Shown in pieces: positions 17,337 to 26,809 of a stretch of DNA of 64,000 nucleotides. The DNA lies in assembly GCA_964413605.1 (NCBI GenBank), contig CAYPSV010000001.1, positions 47,628 to 111,627 of the forward strand, in the 5' to 3' direction. A program made the position numbers and the translations under genes. This DNA is from an uncultured Candidatus Bathyarchaeia archaeon (GTDB lineage: Archaea > Thermoproteota > Bathyarchaeia > Bathyarchaeales > Bathycorpusculaceae). The notes beneath the pieces were generated by a model. That model searched no databases. It saw only the letters and a list, made by a program, of their open reading frames with translations, and had not been told where the DNA came from. Positions within the stretch are counted from its first letter, which is position 1, and each line of letters starts with the position of its first letter.

Positions 17337-18839
17337 ATGAACCAAATGGAACGCTCCAGCGGCGTCTTGCTACATATTACCTCACTTCCATCGAAATTTG
17401 GTATCGGAGATTTGGGACCAGAAGCCCTAAATTTCGTCGATTTACTCTGCAACTTAAACCAACGATATTGGGGAATTCTCCCGCTTAACCCAACGAATCC
17501 AGAAGAAGGAAACTCACCCTACAAATCTGACAGCGCCTTCGCAGGAAATCCACTATTAATCAGCCCAGAACTATTAGTCGAAGATGAACTGATATCTAAA
17601 AATGAAATAGAAAAATGGACAAAAGAACCAATCAACCGAGTGAACTACATCCAAGCATCTGAAACCAAAACTGCAATCATAAAGAAAGCTTATGAGAACT
17701 TCAATAAATTCCATACTTGCTTAAAAGACGACTTCGAATCCTTCTATGAAGATAACAAAGGTTGGCTAGACGATTACGCGCTCTACGCAACCTTGAGGAA
17801 AAAAATAAAGTTGCCATGGCACCAATGGCCAGCCGCTATCCGCGACCGTGAAGAAATTGGGTTAGTCCAAAAACGAGAAAGTCTAAAAGATCAAGTTGAC
17901 AAAGAAAAGTTTGTACAGTTTGTCTTTTACAAACAGTTGCGAAACCTTAAAAAGTGCTGCGTAAGAAAACGAGTGGAAATTTTTGGTGACTTACCCTTCT
18001 ACGTTGCTTTTGATAGTGCAGACGTATGGGCAAATCAAGAACTTTTTAAACTAAACCGCCAAAAAACACCTTCATATGTAGCTGGTGTTCCACCTGACTA
18101 CTTCAGCAAAACAGGGCAACTCTGGGGTTCACCAATCTATGATTGGCATCAACTCAAGAAAACCGGTTACGAATGGTGGTTAGATCGAATTAGACAAAAC
18201 CTTATGCTATGTCACAAGCTACGCTTTGACCATTTTAGGGGGTTCATAGCTTACTGGCGGGTTCCTGCAAAAGCTCAAACTGCTAAATCCGGTCGGTGGA
18301 TTAGGGCGCCAACGGCAACCTTCTTCAGAGCCGTGCAGGAAAATTTTCCTAAGATGCCCTTTGTAGCTGAAGATCTTGGCGCCATAACACCTCCCGTTGT
18401 TAATGCTAAAAAACAACTTGGTATTCCGGGCATTAAGGTTCTACTATTTGGTTTTAACGAACCTTCTACGAACCCTAATTTTCCAGGGAACTTGGCTGCG
18501 AACTCAGTTGTCTATACAGGCACACATGACAACAACACTGTGAAGGGCTGGTTTACTGAGGAGGCAACTGCCAAAGAGAGAAAGATGCTTTTTCAGTACT
18601 TGAGTCGAGAAGTAACCAAAGAGGAAATCAGTTTTGAACTTATTAAAATGGCAGAAGCGTCTAAGTCGAATCTATGTATCATACCTCTGCAAGATGCAGT
18701 GGGTTTGGGTTCAGAGGCGAGAATGAACAATCCTGCTGATCGAAACGGCAACTGGGAGTGGCGAATTACCTCAAATCAGCTGAAAGACAAAAAACTGCAA
18801 ACTTTTGGGCTAATAACACAAGAATTTGATAGAGCTTAG
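17337..18839 (+). CDS. malQ: 4-alpha-glucanotransferase (amylomaltase, GH77)
   Basis: RSSGVLLHITSLPS.FGIGDLG, LRFDHFRGF, VAEDLG and YTGTHDNNT. Confidence 0.9.
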   Translation: MNQMERSSGVLLHITSLPSKFGIGDLGPEALNFVDLLCNLNQRYWGILPLNPTNPEEGNSPYKSDSAFAGNPLLISPELLVEDELISKNEIEKWTKEPINRVNYIQASETKTAIIKKAYENFNKFHTCLKDDFESFYEDNKGWLDDYALYATLRKKIKLPWHQWPAAIRDREEIGLVQKRESLKDQVDKEKFVQFVFYKQLRNLKKCCVRKRVEIFGDLPFYVAFDSADVWANQELFKLNRQKTPSYVAGVPPDYFSKTGQLWGSPIYDWHQLKKTGYEWWLDRIRQNLMLCHKLRFDHFRGFIAYWRVPAKAQTAKSGRWIRAPTATFFRAVQENFPKMPFVAEDLGAITPPVVNAKKQLGIPGIKVLLFGFNEPSTNPNFPGNLAANSVVYTGTHDNNTVKGWFTEEATAKERKMLFQYLSREVTKEEISFELIKMAEASKSNLCIIPLQDAVGLGSEARMNNPADRNGNWEWRITSNQLKDKKLQTFGLITQEFDRA

Positions 18840-19006
18840 ACGCCATAGCGTTCGGGTTGGAATTCAAATCAAAGGAGTTTAAGACATGCGTCTGCGTACC
18901 TCTTCGATCTTACGCTTTTTGACAAAAACACCGTTCGAACTTCTGTGTGATATATCAGAATCCCTAATAAAATGTTTATGAAGTCGAAACCAAATATCTA
19001 CTTACC

Positions 19007-20215
19007 ATGGCAATCTTAGAAAATTATAGCAGAGTCGTGGGTAGGTCAGTATTGAACGATATTTATCGAAAGGCTGACAAGCTAAGAGGAAAGCATATTC
19101 TTTGTATAAGCTCAACCTACCAAGGAGGCGGAGTTGCCGAAATTCTGAACAGCAGCGTGATTCTACTTAATGAACTCGGTGTTGATGTTGGATGGAGAAT
19201 TCTGCACGGATCCCCCGACTTTTTTACAGTAACGAAAAAATTTCATAATGCGTTGCAAGGTGAAAATATAAATTTATCAACCATAAAAATGAAAGTTTAC
19301 ACTGAAACGAACAGAAGATTTTCTGTTTTCACACATATTAATCATGATTTGGTTATGGTGCATGACCCTCAACCTCTTCCATTGATTTCATTTTACAACA
19401 AGAAGCAACCTTGGATTTTTGAATGCCATGTAGATTTGTCTTCTCCAAATCAATGGGTTTGGAATTATCTTAAAGATTTTATAGAAAATTATGATCATTT
19501 CATCGTATCATTGGAAAAGTACAAACAGAACCTCAGCATTCCACAGAGCGTTATTTATCCGGCAATAGATCCATTAACAACTAAAAATAAGATGGCTTCT
19601 GAAAAAGAAATAAACAAGTATATGAGCAAATTTGGAATAGACCGAAATATACCTATAATTTCCCAAGTATCCAGATTCGACAAATGGAAGGACCCGATCG
19701 GAGTGATAAAAATATTTGAAGAGGTTAGGCAAAAAGTAAATTGCCAACTCGTTCTTCTCGGTGATTTTGCTTCCGATGATCCTGAGGGCCAAAAAATATT
19801 TGAGACCGTGAAAGAAAGGACTAAAAAAAGCAAATATGAAAAGGACATTAAAGTGATAGTTGTTTCCAATAATTTCTTAGTAAACTGTCTGCAAAGAGCT
19901 TCTTCTATTGTTATTCAAAAGTCTTTAAAGGAAGGCTTTGGGTTGACAGTCTCTGAGGCGCTCTACAAAGGAACTCCTGTTGTGGCTTCTAATGTTGGAG
20001 GAATTCCCTTACAAGTTATTGATGGCGAGAATGGGTTCCTGCATGAACCTAAAGATTACAAAGGTTTCAGCAAAAGCATCTTAAAACTCTTAGGCGACGA
20101 GAATCTTAGGCTTAAATTTGGGGCAGAAGGCAAAAAACACATAACAAACAACTTTTTAATTACGCGGCTTGTATCAGATTGGCTTGATCTCTTTCAAAAA
20201 TATCTCCCTAAATAG
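19007..20215 (+). CDS. treT: Trehalose glycosyltransferring synthase (TreT-type, GT4)
   Basis: STYQGGGVAEIL, FFTVTKKFHNALQG, HDPQPL, ISQVSRFDKWKDP, DDPEG and KEGFGLTVSEALYKG resemble Thermococcales TreT as I remember it. Confidence 0.75.
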   Translation: MAILENYSRVVGRSVLNDIYRKADKLRGKHILCISSTYQGGGVAEILNSSVILLNELGVDVGWRILHGSPDFFTVTKKFHNALQGENINLSTIKMKVYTETNRRFSVFTHINHDLVMVHDPQPLPLISFYNKKQPWIFECHVDLSSPNQWVWNYLKDFIENYDHFIVSLEKYKQNLSIPQSVIYPAIDPLTTKNKMASEKEINKYMSKFGIDRNIPIISQVSRFDKWKDPIGVIKIFEEVRQKVNCQLVLLGDFASDDPEGQKIFETVKERTKKSKYEKDIKVIVVSNNFLVNCLQRASSIVIQKSLKEGFGLTVSEALYKGTPVVASNVGGIPLQVIDGENGFLHEPKDYKGFSKSILKLLGDENLRLKFGAEGKKHITNNFLITRLVSDWLDLFQKYLPK

Positions 20216-20316
20216 AACCTATTTTTTAATATTTTTCAACCTTTCAAGTCCTTTGCCGAAAAATTAATTTTTTACTATCTATTAACTACGAAGTGCTATT
20301 TGTACAGGTTGTAACG

Positions 20317-22518
20317 ATGAGCAGGTTATTGATAGTTTCTAACAGGTTACCTCTAAACCTTTCAAAAAATAATGGAGAACTCAAAGTTGAACGCAGTGTT
20401 GGAGGATTGGCAACCGGGGTCGGTTCGATTTACAAGTCTCAAGATAGTCTCTGGATAGGTTGGCCTGGTTATAGCGTTCAGAAATTACAGATTGAAGAAA
20501 AAAAGAAAGTTGTGGATTTATTAGATAAACAAAGATGTCATCCAGTTTTTCTATCCTCATATGACATAAAACAGTATTACAACGGTTTTTGTAACAACAC
20601 AATTTGGCCCTTATTTCATTATTTTAATCTTTATACGAGGTATGATCAAAGCTACTGGGATAGTTTTAAAAAAGTTAACGAAAAATTCTGTGATGCAATT
20701 CTGAATATTGCAAAAAATGACGACACCTTTTGGATACATGATTACCATCTTATGCTGCTTCCTGAAATGATACGACAGAGATTGCCTAAAGCTAAAATTG
20801 GGTTTTTCTTGCATATCCCATTTCCTTCTTATGAACTTTTTCGCCTTTTGCCTTGGCGCTCAGAAATTTTAACCGGTATTTTGGGTGCCGACTTGGTTGG
20901 CTTTCACACATATGATTATGTTAGGCACTTCCTGTCAAGTGTAACTCGTATCTTAGGCTTTGAACACTCATTGAGTGAAATACAAACTGGAGAACGTTTG
21001 GTGAAAGCTGAACTTTTTCCGATGGGCATTGACTATAAACATTTTCATAATGCTGCATCAAGCGAATATGTGCTTAAAGAAGTTGCACGTATACGCAAAA
21101 AAGTTGGAAACCAGCGAATTATCCTCTCCTCTGATAGGCTTGACTATACCAAAGGAATCCCTTTGAGGCTAGAGGCATTCGATGCTTTCTTAAATAAAAA
21201 AGCTGATTATCGCGGGAAAATTACTCTTTACTTAGTCGCCGTGCCTTCAAGAAGCAATGTTAGTCAATATCAAATTTTAAAGAAGCAAATAGACGAGTTG
21301 GTAGGGCGCATCAACGGAAAATATGCAACCGCCGACTGGATGCCTGTACGCTACTTTAGCCATTTTCTCCCATTTAACCAACTGGTGGCACTGTATTCTG
21401 TTGCTGACGTAGGATTAGTCACTCCATTGCGAGACGGGATGAATTTGATGGCTAAAGAGTTTGTCGCTAGTAAAGCAAACAGAAAGGGAATATTGATTAT
21501 TTCAGAAATGGCGGGAGCGGCACAGGAACTCGGAGAAGCTATAGTTGTCAACCCAAACAACCTAGATGCATTAATAAACGCAATGGAAAAAGCACTGACC
21601 ATGCCGCAGGAAGAGCAACAAAAGCAAAACAGTGTAATGCAGAATCGGTTAAAGCACTATGACATAAATCACTGGATAGAAGACTTCTTAAGTGGTTTAG
21701 ATCAAGCATGGATCGATCAAAAGGCAAACATGGAAAGCGTCATAACTCCTAAGGTTAAAAAAGAACTGCTAAAAAAATATAGTAATAGTACAAGAAGGCT
21801 AATTCTGCTTGATTATGACGGGACACTTGTTCCGTTTGCTGACACTCCTGAAGAGGCTAAACCAACTGTTGAAATTTTGAAATTGCTGAAAAAAATTTCT
21901 GAAGACCCTTCTAACGAGATAGTAATCGTAAGCGGCAGAAAAAGAGATACCTTAACCCAATGGTTGAATTCACTAGACATCGGGTACATAGGGGAACACG
22001 GCGCCTGGATTAAAGAACGATCAGGAGAAGTTCACATACCAGAAACCCTCTCAAACGATTGGAAAAAAGACCTTCTTCAACTGCTTGAATTATACACTGA
22101 TCGCACTCCAGGATCACTCGTCGAAGAGAAAGAAGCCTCCCTAGTTTGGCATTACCGCAAAGCTGAACCCCATCTGGGCTTTCTACGGGCTAACCAGTTG
22201 AAAGACGACTTGACAAGTCTGACATCTAACCTCGGTTTAATAGTAGCCGAAGGAAACAAAGTTATCGAAATAAAAAATGCTGTAATCAACAAAGGACAAG
22301 CCGCTCAAATGTGGCTTTCAAAGCAACAATGGGACTTTATAATGGCTATAGGCGACGATAAAACAGATGAGGATCTTTTCGCAGTTCTACCTGCAGATGC
22401 TTTTTCGATTAAAGTTGGTTTAGGCTCAACTAAAGCAAGTTACAACCTTCTATCACAAAGCCAAGTCGTGCCCCTGCTAAAGAGTTGCCTTAAAAGCGCT
22501 AAAAAATTATCCAAATAG
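20317..22518 (+). CDS. Bifunctional trehalose-6-phosphate synthase / phosphatase (OtsA-OtsB fusion)
   Basis: The N-terminal GT20 part carries LLIVSNRLP, GGLATG, WIHDYHLMLLP, GFFLHIPFPS, RDGMNLMAKEF. The C-terminal HAD part carries LLDYDGTLVP and GDDKTDEDLF. The track starts at GTG 20293; ATG 20317 (MSRLLIVSNRLP) is preferred. Confidence 0.9.
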   Translation: MSRLLIVSNRLPLNLSKNNGELKVERSVGGLATGVGSIYKSQDSLWIGWPGYSVQKLQIEEKKKVVDLLDKQRCHPVFLSSYDIKQYYNGFCNNTIWPLFHYFNLYTRYDQSYWDSFKKVNEKFCDAILNIAKNDDTFWIHDYHLMLLPEMIRQRLPKAKIGFFLHIPFPSYELFRLLPWRSEILTGILGADLVGFHTYDYVRHFLSSVTRILGFEHSLSEIQTGERLVKAELFPMGIDYKHFHNAASSEYVLKEVARIRKKVGNQRIILSSDRLDYTKGIPLRLEAFDAFLNKKADYRGKITLYLVAVPSRSNVSQYQILKKQIDELVGRINGKYATADWMPVRYFSHFLPFNQLVALYSVADVGLVTPLRDGMNLMAKEFVASKANRKGILIISEMAGAAQELGEAIVVNPNNLDALINAMEKALTMPQEEQQKQNSVMQNRLKHYDINHWIEDFLSGLDQAWIDQKANMESVITPKVKKELLKKYSNSTRRLILLDYDGTLVPFADTPEEAKPTVEILKLLKKISEDPSNEIVIVSGRKRDTLTQWLNSLDIGYIGEHGAWIKERSGEVHIPETLSNDWKKDLLQLLELYTDRTPGSLVEEKEASLVWHYRKAEPHLGFLRANQLKDDLTSLTSNLGLIVAEGNKVIEIKNAVINKGQAAQMWLSKQQWDFIMAIGDDKTDEDLFAVLPADAFSIKVGLGSTKASYNLLSQSQVVPLLKSCLKSAKKLSK

Positions 22519-22539
22519 AATAACTGAAACCGTTCTACT

Positions 22540-23025
22540 TTATAATTTTCTTAACCAAACTTTTGCCTGAGTTTTAAGGCACTCGATGAAGTCCTTGTCA
22601 CATTCAAGATTCAAAAAAGCATCTTTGTCAACACCGTCAGGCATTGGGATCTTTACTTTGATATAGGGGTTGATTGTCTTTTCTATTTTTGATCGTACCT
22701 TATCGTATTTGTCAGGTTCTTGTTTACTCAGGACATTATCACCGATATTACTATGATGTAAATTGGCGCTATTCCCAAAATCAGAAATGAGAACGGTCCA
22801 ACTCTTCGGAACCATTCTAACAAACTGATTATCTTTCTCTATTTTCTTAATATTCCTAGTCCAATTATGTTTGAAGCAGAATCTATCGGAGTCATATGGC
22901 ATTTTATGGCAAAGAAGCATGGAAAGAATACTAGAACCAACATTAGAAAACATCCACGCTTTTGCTTCCGACAAACCACAGAATACTGTGTGACTGCAGA
23001 AATACAGATACGGAAATTTTGTCAA
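22540..23025 (-). CDS. Hypothetical protein (up to 161 aa; true start probably internal)
   Basis: An ORF only. Its N-terminal part overlaps the promoter region of the divergent gene. Confidence 0.3.
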   Translation of the reverse strand: MTKFPYLYFCSHTVFCGLSEAKAWMFSNVGSSILSMLLCHKMPYDSDRFCFKHNWTRNIKKIEKDNQFVRMVPKSWTVLISDFGNSANLHHSNIGDNVLSKQEPDKYDKVRSKIEKTINPYIKVKIPMPDGVDKDAFLNLECDKDFIECLKTQAKVWLRKL

Positions 23026-23057
23026 AGAAAACTATTCAAAAACCGATTTAAGCATAT

Positions 23058-23693
23058 GTGAAGCAAATAGAGTTTGAGGAAAACATCACGTTAAGCAAAG
23101 ACATGGAAATTGAAAACGTTACTTTTCAAGCTCTAGCGCATCCTATTCGCAGATCAATAATTCGAATTATTAATTCAAGAAATCAAGGAATCTCGTACAC
23201 TGAATTAATCACAGAACTTGGATTATCAACAGGAAAACTAAACTACCATCTAGAACAACTAAAAGGCTTAATCGAAAAAAACAGCTATCATTACTATGTT
23301 TTAACGCCGTTTGGAAAAAAGGTCATTGAACACTTAAACCTTGTCGACCAAAGAATCAGCTCAGAAGACGAGAAATACGTCAAGGTTGCTTCTTTAGCTC
23401 AAAACGCAAGTCTGCAACCGATAATGAAAGCGTTCTTATCTATTGGTATTGTGGCTATGACGTTTCTGATTTTCTTATGGATCTATATTGGCTATATAAC
23501 TATATCTGAAGGTGCACCCTTAATTATCTACGTTATTTTGCCCGTTTTAACATCTCTCGGTTTGTGTGTTCTTGTTTTACTAGTTTATGCGTTACTTAGA
23601 TCGCCTCTGTGGATTAGACGGTTGGAACGAAGATACTTTGGCGAAAAACTATCCTTGAATTTCCATTCTTTTCTTATTGCTGTGGAATATTAA
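23058..23693 (+). CDS. ArsR-like winged-helix protein with C-terminal transmembrane helices
   Basis: FQALAHPIRRSIIRIIN...ISYTELITELGLSTGKLNYHLEQLKGLIEK, then the TM segments LSIGIVAMTFLIFLWIYIGYI and IIYVILPVLTSLGLCVLVLLVYALL. Confidence 0.7.
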   Translation: MKQIEFEENITLSKDMEIENVTFQALAHPIRRSIIRIINSRNQGISYTELITELGLSTGKLNYHLEQLKGLIEKNSYHYYVLTPFGKKVIEHLNLVDQRISSEDEKYVKVASLAQNASLQPIMKAFLSIGIVAMTFLIFLWIYIGYITISEGAPLIIYVILPVLTSLGLCVLVLLVYALLRSPLWIRRLERRYFGEKLSLNFHSFLIAVEY

Positions 23694-23732
23694 TTAAACA
23701 GTTTTTTGTAACCATTGATAAGTGAAAATGTT

Positions 23733-24212
23733 ATGGCTGGAAAAGCAATAGTGATTATGGGTTCCGAACGCGATTTAGATTTTAGCCGCGAAATCGCCAA
23801 ATACCTAAAACTCCTCGGCGTTTCCTACGAGTTTCGCGTCGCTTCTGCCCATAAAACCCCAGAAAAAGTACTAAATATACTAAAAGAATTCGAAAACCAA
23901 AAAGTAGTTTTCGTAACAGTTGCCGGTCGCTCCAACGCTCTGAGCGCATTCATGGACGGAAACACCTCGAGCCCAGTCATTGCGTGTCCACCCTACAGCG
24001 AAAAATTCGGAGGCGCAGACATATACTCTTCTCTTCGGGTACCAAGCGGCATCGGATCTGTTGTAACAATTGAGCCCGAAGGGGCAGCAATCGCAACTGC
24101 AAAGATTCTAGCATTGCAAGACACAGAAATAGAAGGTAACATCAAAACCTATCAAGAAGGCAAACGCAAAGAAATCGAAAGATCAAATGAATCCGTAAAA
24201 ATCCTAACATAG
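23733..24212 (+). CDS. purE: Phosphoribosylaminoimidazole carboxylase/mutase catalytic subunit PurE
   Basis: AIVIMGSERDL, VASAHKTPEK and VAGRSNALS. Confidence 0.9.
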   Translation: MAGKAIVIMGSERDLDFSREIAKYLKLLGVSYEFRVASAHKTPEKVLNILKEFENQKVVFVTVAGRSNALSAFMDGNTSSPVIACPPYSEKFGGADIYSSLRVPSGIGSVVTIEPEGAAIATAKILALQDTEIEGNIKTYQEGKRKEIERSNESVKILT

Positions 24213-24260
24213 ACTGCGCCCTCCTCAAATTCAAAACCTGCTTCATCTAAGATAGGTGAG

Positions 24261-24331
24261 CATTTTGAACCCATTTTTTAACAATTATGCTCTATTTGGA
24301 CCATTTAACCCATTTTGGACCATTTTATCCC
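24261..24331. repeat. Three imperfect copies of a ~20-nt unit (CATTTTGRACCCATTTT..A.C)
   Basis: The copies are cattttgaacccattttttaac (24261-24282), (c)tatttggaccatttaaccc (about 24292-24310) and cattttggaccattttatccc (24311-24331). The last two are directly abutting. Confidence 0.55.
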
Positions 24332-24447
24332 ATGAGTTAAGCCAAATCCAACTCCCTAAACCAAAAAATAAGCTTGAATTGAACTTATCCAAAAATGAAG
24401 AAAACATATTTTTTCTAGCAGACAAAATTTAATGCTCTTGCCAGAGA

Positions 24448-24484
24448 AGAACAACAACAGTTATTTTTTGAGTGTTGTTGTTCT
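24448..24484. repeat. Perfect 12-bp-stem hairpin AGAACAACAACA-N13-TGTTGTTGTTCT; copy 1 of a two-copy element
   Basis: Stem 24448-24459 pairs with 24473-24484, loop gttattttttgag. A near-identical hairpin lies at 49230-49265. Confidence 0.6.
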
Positions 24485-24653
24485 AGCAAAGATACTATTT
24501 CCACACAGAAAAAACCCACCAACAAAAACAACCCAAAACAAACCCGCCCAACAACATAAAAAACAAACTTTTTCTTCTCCGGAGAGGTTTCAAAACCTCA
24601 CAAAATCGATATAAGGACAAATACAAATAATCAAAGCAATCGAGGAGAACAAG

Positions 24654-25712
24654 ATGGGCAGCGTAAAAGACCTACAAATAATCCAAAAACCTACTCAAAC
24701 AACCATGGGTGTTGGTAGATTCCTATTTTCGGATCGTTACAGCGTCTTTGATTGGGGAGAAATGCCAGATCTCATAGAAGCTAAAGGCTCTGCACTGTGC
24801 CTTATGGGCGCTTACTGCTTTGAACAGCTAGAAGACATGGGAGTTAAAACCCATTACAGAGGTTTGGTTAACGAGAAAGGCAAGGCTGTTAAAGTTGCCG
24901 AGTTAAAAGCGCCTTCTAACAACATGGAAGTGGCGCTGGTTAACGTCTACAAGCCCAAAACAACCGTTGTCAACGGCAAAATCCTGCATGATTACAGCCC
25001 CTACACTTCTTCACTGAAAAACTGCCTTATTCCACTAGAAATCATCTATCGCAACGGCCTGCCTGAAGGCTCATCAGTATTCAAGAGGATAACTCAGGGA
25101 AAAGTCACCTTAACAGACCTTGGTTTAGATCACCAACCAATCCCAGGCGAAACACTAACTAAACCAATCTTTGATGTCAGCACAAAACTTGAAGAAACCG
25201 ACCGTTACATAACATGGAATGAAGCCAAAAAAATAGCAGGACTAACAAACCAAGAACTCAACAACATCAAAGACGTCCTGTTAAAAGCAGATGAAACCAT
25301 AACCAAAGCCGCTCAAAACGCTGGCTTAAAAAATGAAGATGGCAAAATCGAGTTAGCCTTCGACGACAAACGAAACCTCATGCTCGTTGACGTATTAGGG
25401 ACTCTTGACGAATGCCGATTCACTTACAACGGATTACATGTCAGTAAAGAAGTTGCAAGACAATTCTACAAAACAACAACCTGGTACAATGATTTGGAAC
25501 AAGCAAAAAAAGAAAGCGAAGCCAACGGAATCCAAGACTGGAAAACCCTCAGCAAATCACAACCTCCAAAACTCGACGCTAAACTAAAAAATGTCATCAG
25601 CGAAATGTATATGGCAGCTGCAAACGAAATGACCAAAATCAAGCTTTTTGACGTGGCTAAACTTGCAAAAGTAATTAACGAGTACAAAGAGTATATGGGT
25701 GAAAAAGCATGA
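24654..25712 (+). CDS. purC: SAICAR synthetase PurC (long form)
   Basis: FLFSDRYSVFDW, the IPLEIIYRN-type core and DECRF. In an operon with purP. Confidence 0.9.
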   Translation: MGSVKDLQIIQKPTQTTMGVGRFLFSDRYSVFDWGEMPDLIEAKGSALCLMGAYCFEQLEDMGVKTHYRGLVNEKGKAVKVAELKAPSNNMEVALVNVYKPKTTVVNGKILHDYSPYTSSLKNCLIPLEIIYRNGLPEGSSVFKRITQGKVTLTDLGLDHQPIPGETLTKPIFDVSTKLEETDRYITWNEAKKIAGLTNQELNNIKDVLLKADETITKAAQNAGLKNEDGKIELAFDDKRNLMLVDVLGTLDECRFTYNGLHVSKEVARQFYKTTTWYNDLEQAKKESEANGIQDWKTLSKSQPPKLDAKLKNVISEMYMAAANEMTKIKLFDVAKLAKVINEYKEYMGEKA

Positions 25713-26809
25713 CCATGAAAAACAAAATCCAACAGACCATCGCCGACTACGACCAAGAGAAAATCCATATCGGCGTCTTAGGCTCGCACAGTGCACTGGA
25801 AATCGCTTCAGGCGCAAAACAAGAAGGCTTCAAAACCGTAGTAGTATGCCAAAACGGCAGAGAAAAAACATACGCCCGCTACTACCGAAACATCTTTGAC
25901 AAATTCATATTCCTAGACAAATTCTCAGACATCACCACCCCCGAGACTGTGAAACAACTAACAGAACTAAACACAGTCTTTGTCCCAAACCGATCATTCA
26001 GCGTCTACGCAGGATACGACGCCATCGAACAAAAATTCGAAGTACCAATAATAGGCAACCGATACCTACTACGAACCGAAGAACGCAACATCCCAAAAAA
26101 CCAGCTCTGGCTCCTAAAACAAGCTGGCATCAAAATCCCCAAATCCTTCCAATCGCCAAAAGACATCAACTGCCCCGTCATCGTCAAAGTAGCCGAAAAA
26201 GGAAGAACAATCGAACGCGCATTCTTCTACGCCTCAACCCCCGAAGAATACGAACGCGAAGCCCAAAAACGAATTAGAGCAGGCATAATCAGTCGCGAGG
26301 CACTCGAAGAATCCATAATCGAAGAATACGTCCTAGGCGCCAAATTCAACGCCAACTACTTCTACTCCCCCCTAAACGACGAAATCGACCTGCTGGGTTT
26401 TGACCGACGCATCCAAACAGACCTAGACGGCGTTCTAGATTTACCCGCCCAAGAACAACTAGAACTAAAAGTCTCAACTCAAAACATAGAAATCGGACAC
26501 ATGGGCGCAACCATGCGAGAAAGCCAACTCGAAAAAATCTTCGACGCAGCCGAACGCTTCGTGCAAATCTGCCAAAAAGAGTTCCCCCCAGGCATGATTG
26601 GACTCTTTGCACTTCAAGGAGCAGTAACCAAAGAACTAGAATTCCGAGTCTTCGACGTAAGCCCACGAGTACCCGGATGCCCATGCGTCGAACCCACATC
26701 CCCCTACATGAACTACAAATACGGCATAGAAGTAGGACCAGGCAAACGCGTAGCCATGGAAATCAAACGTGCAGTTCGAAAACACCGCCTCCCAGAAGTG
26801 GTCACATGA
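25709..26809 (+). CDS. purP: FAICAR synthetase PurP (ATP-grasp, archaeal formate-dependent)
   Basis: IHIGVLGSHSALEIASGAKQEGFKTVVVC, FVPNRSF and IIGNR.LLR.EER. ATGA overlap with purC. Confidence 0.9.
   Translation: MTMKNKIQQTIADYDQEKIHIGVLGSHSALEIASGAKQEGFKTVVVCQNGREKTYARYYRNIFDKFIFLDKFSDITTPETVKQLTELNTVFVPNRSFSVYAGYDAIEQKFEVPIIGNRYLLRTEERNIPKNQLWLLKQAGIKIPKSFQSPKDINCPVIVKVAEKGRTIERAFFYASTPEEYEREAQKRIRAGIISREALEESIIEEYVLGAKFNANYFYSPLNDEIDLLGFDRRIQTDLDGVLDLPAQEQLELKVSTQNIEIGHMGATMRESQLEKIFDAAERFVQICQKEFPPGMIGLFALQGAVTKELEFRVFDVSPRVPGCPCVEPTSPYMNYKYGIEVGPGKRVAMEIKRAVRKHRLPEVVT

Noticed and set aside
24261-24331. Tandem ~20-nt repeats considered as a mini CRISPR array.
   Set aside because: There are only three imperfect copies. 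Two abut directly with no spacer, no palindromic repeat core is present, and no cas genes are in the window.
24432-24614. 60-aa ORF in the purC upstream region.
   Set aside because: Its translation is low-complexity (K/N/P/T/Q from an A/C-rich tract), it spans the hairpin repeat, and it has no start context. I treat it as non-coding.
26346-26699. 117-aa Arg/Leu-rich antisense ORF within purP1, and 25466-25817 antisense ORFs within purC/purP.
   Set aside because: Highly biased composition opposite conserved enzymes. Shadow ORFs.
26677-26805. N-terminal 43-aa extension of the second purP ORF given by the ORF track (start 26677).
   Set aside because: The extension overlaps the 3' end of purP1 in another frame and is Arg/Thr/His-rich with low complexity. 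ATG 26806 forms a typical ATGA coupling and yields an N-terminus collinear with purP1.
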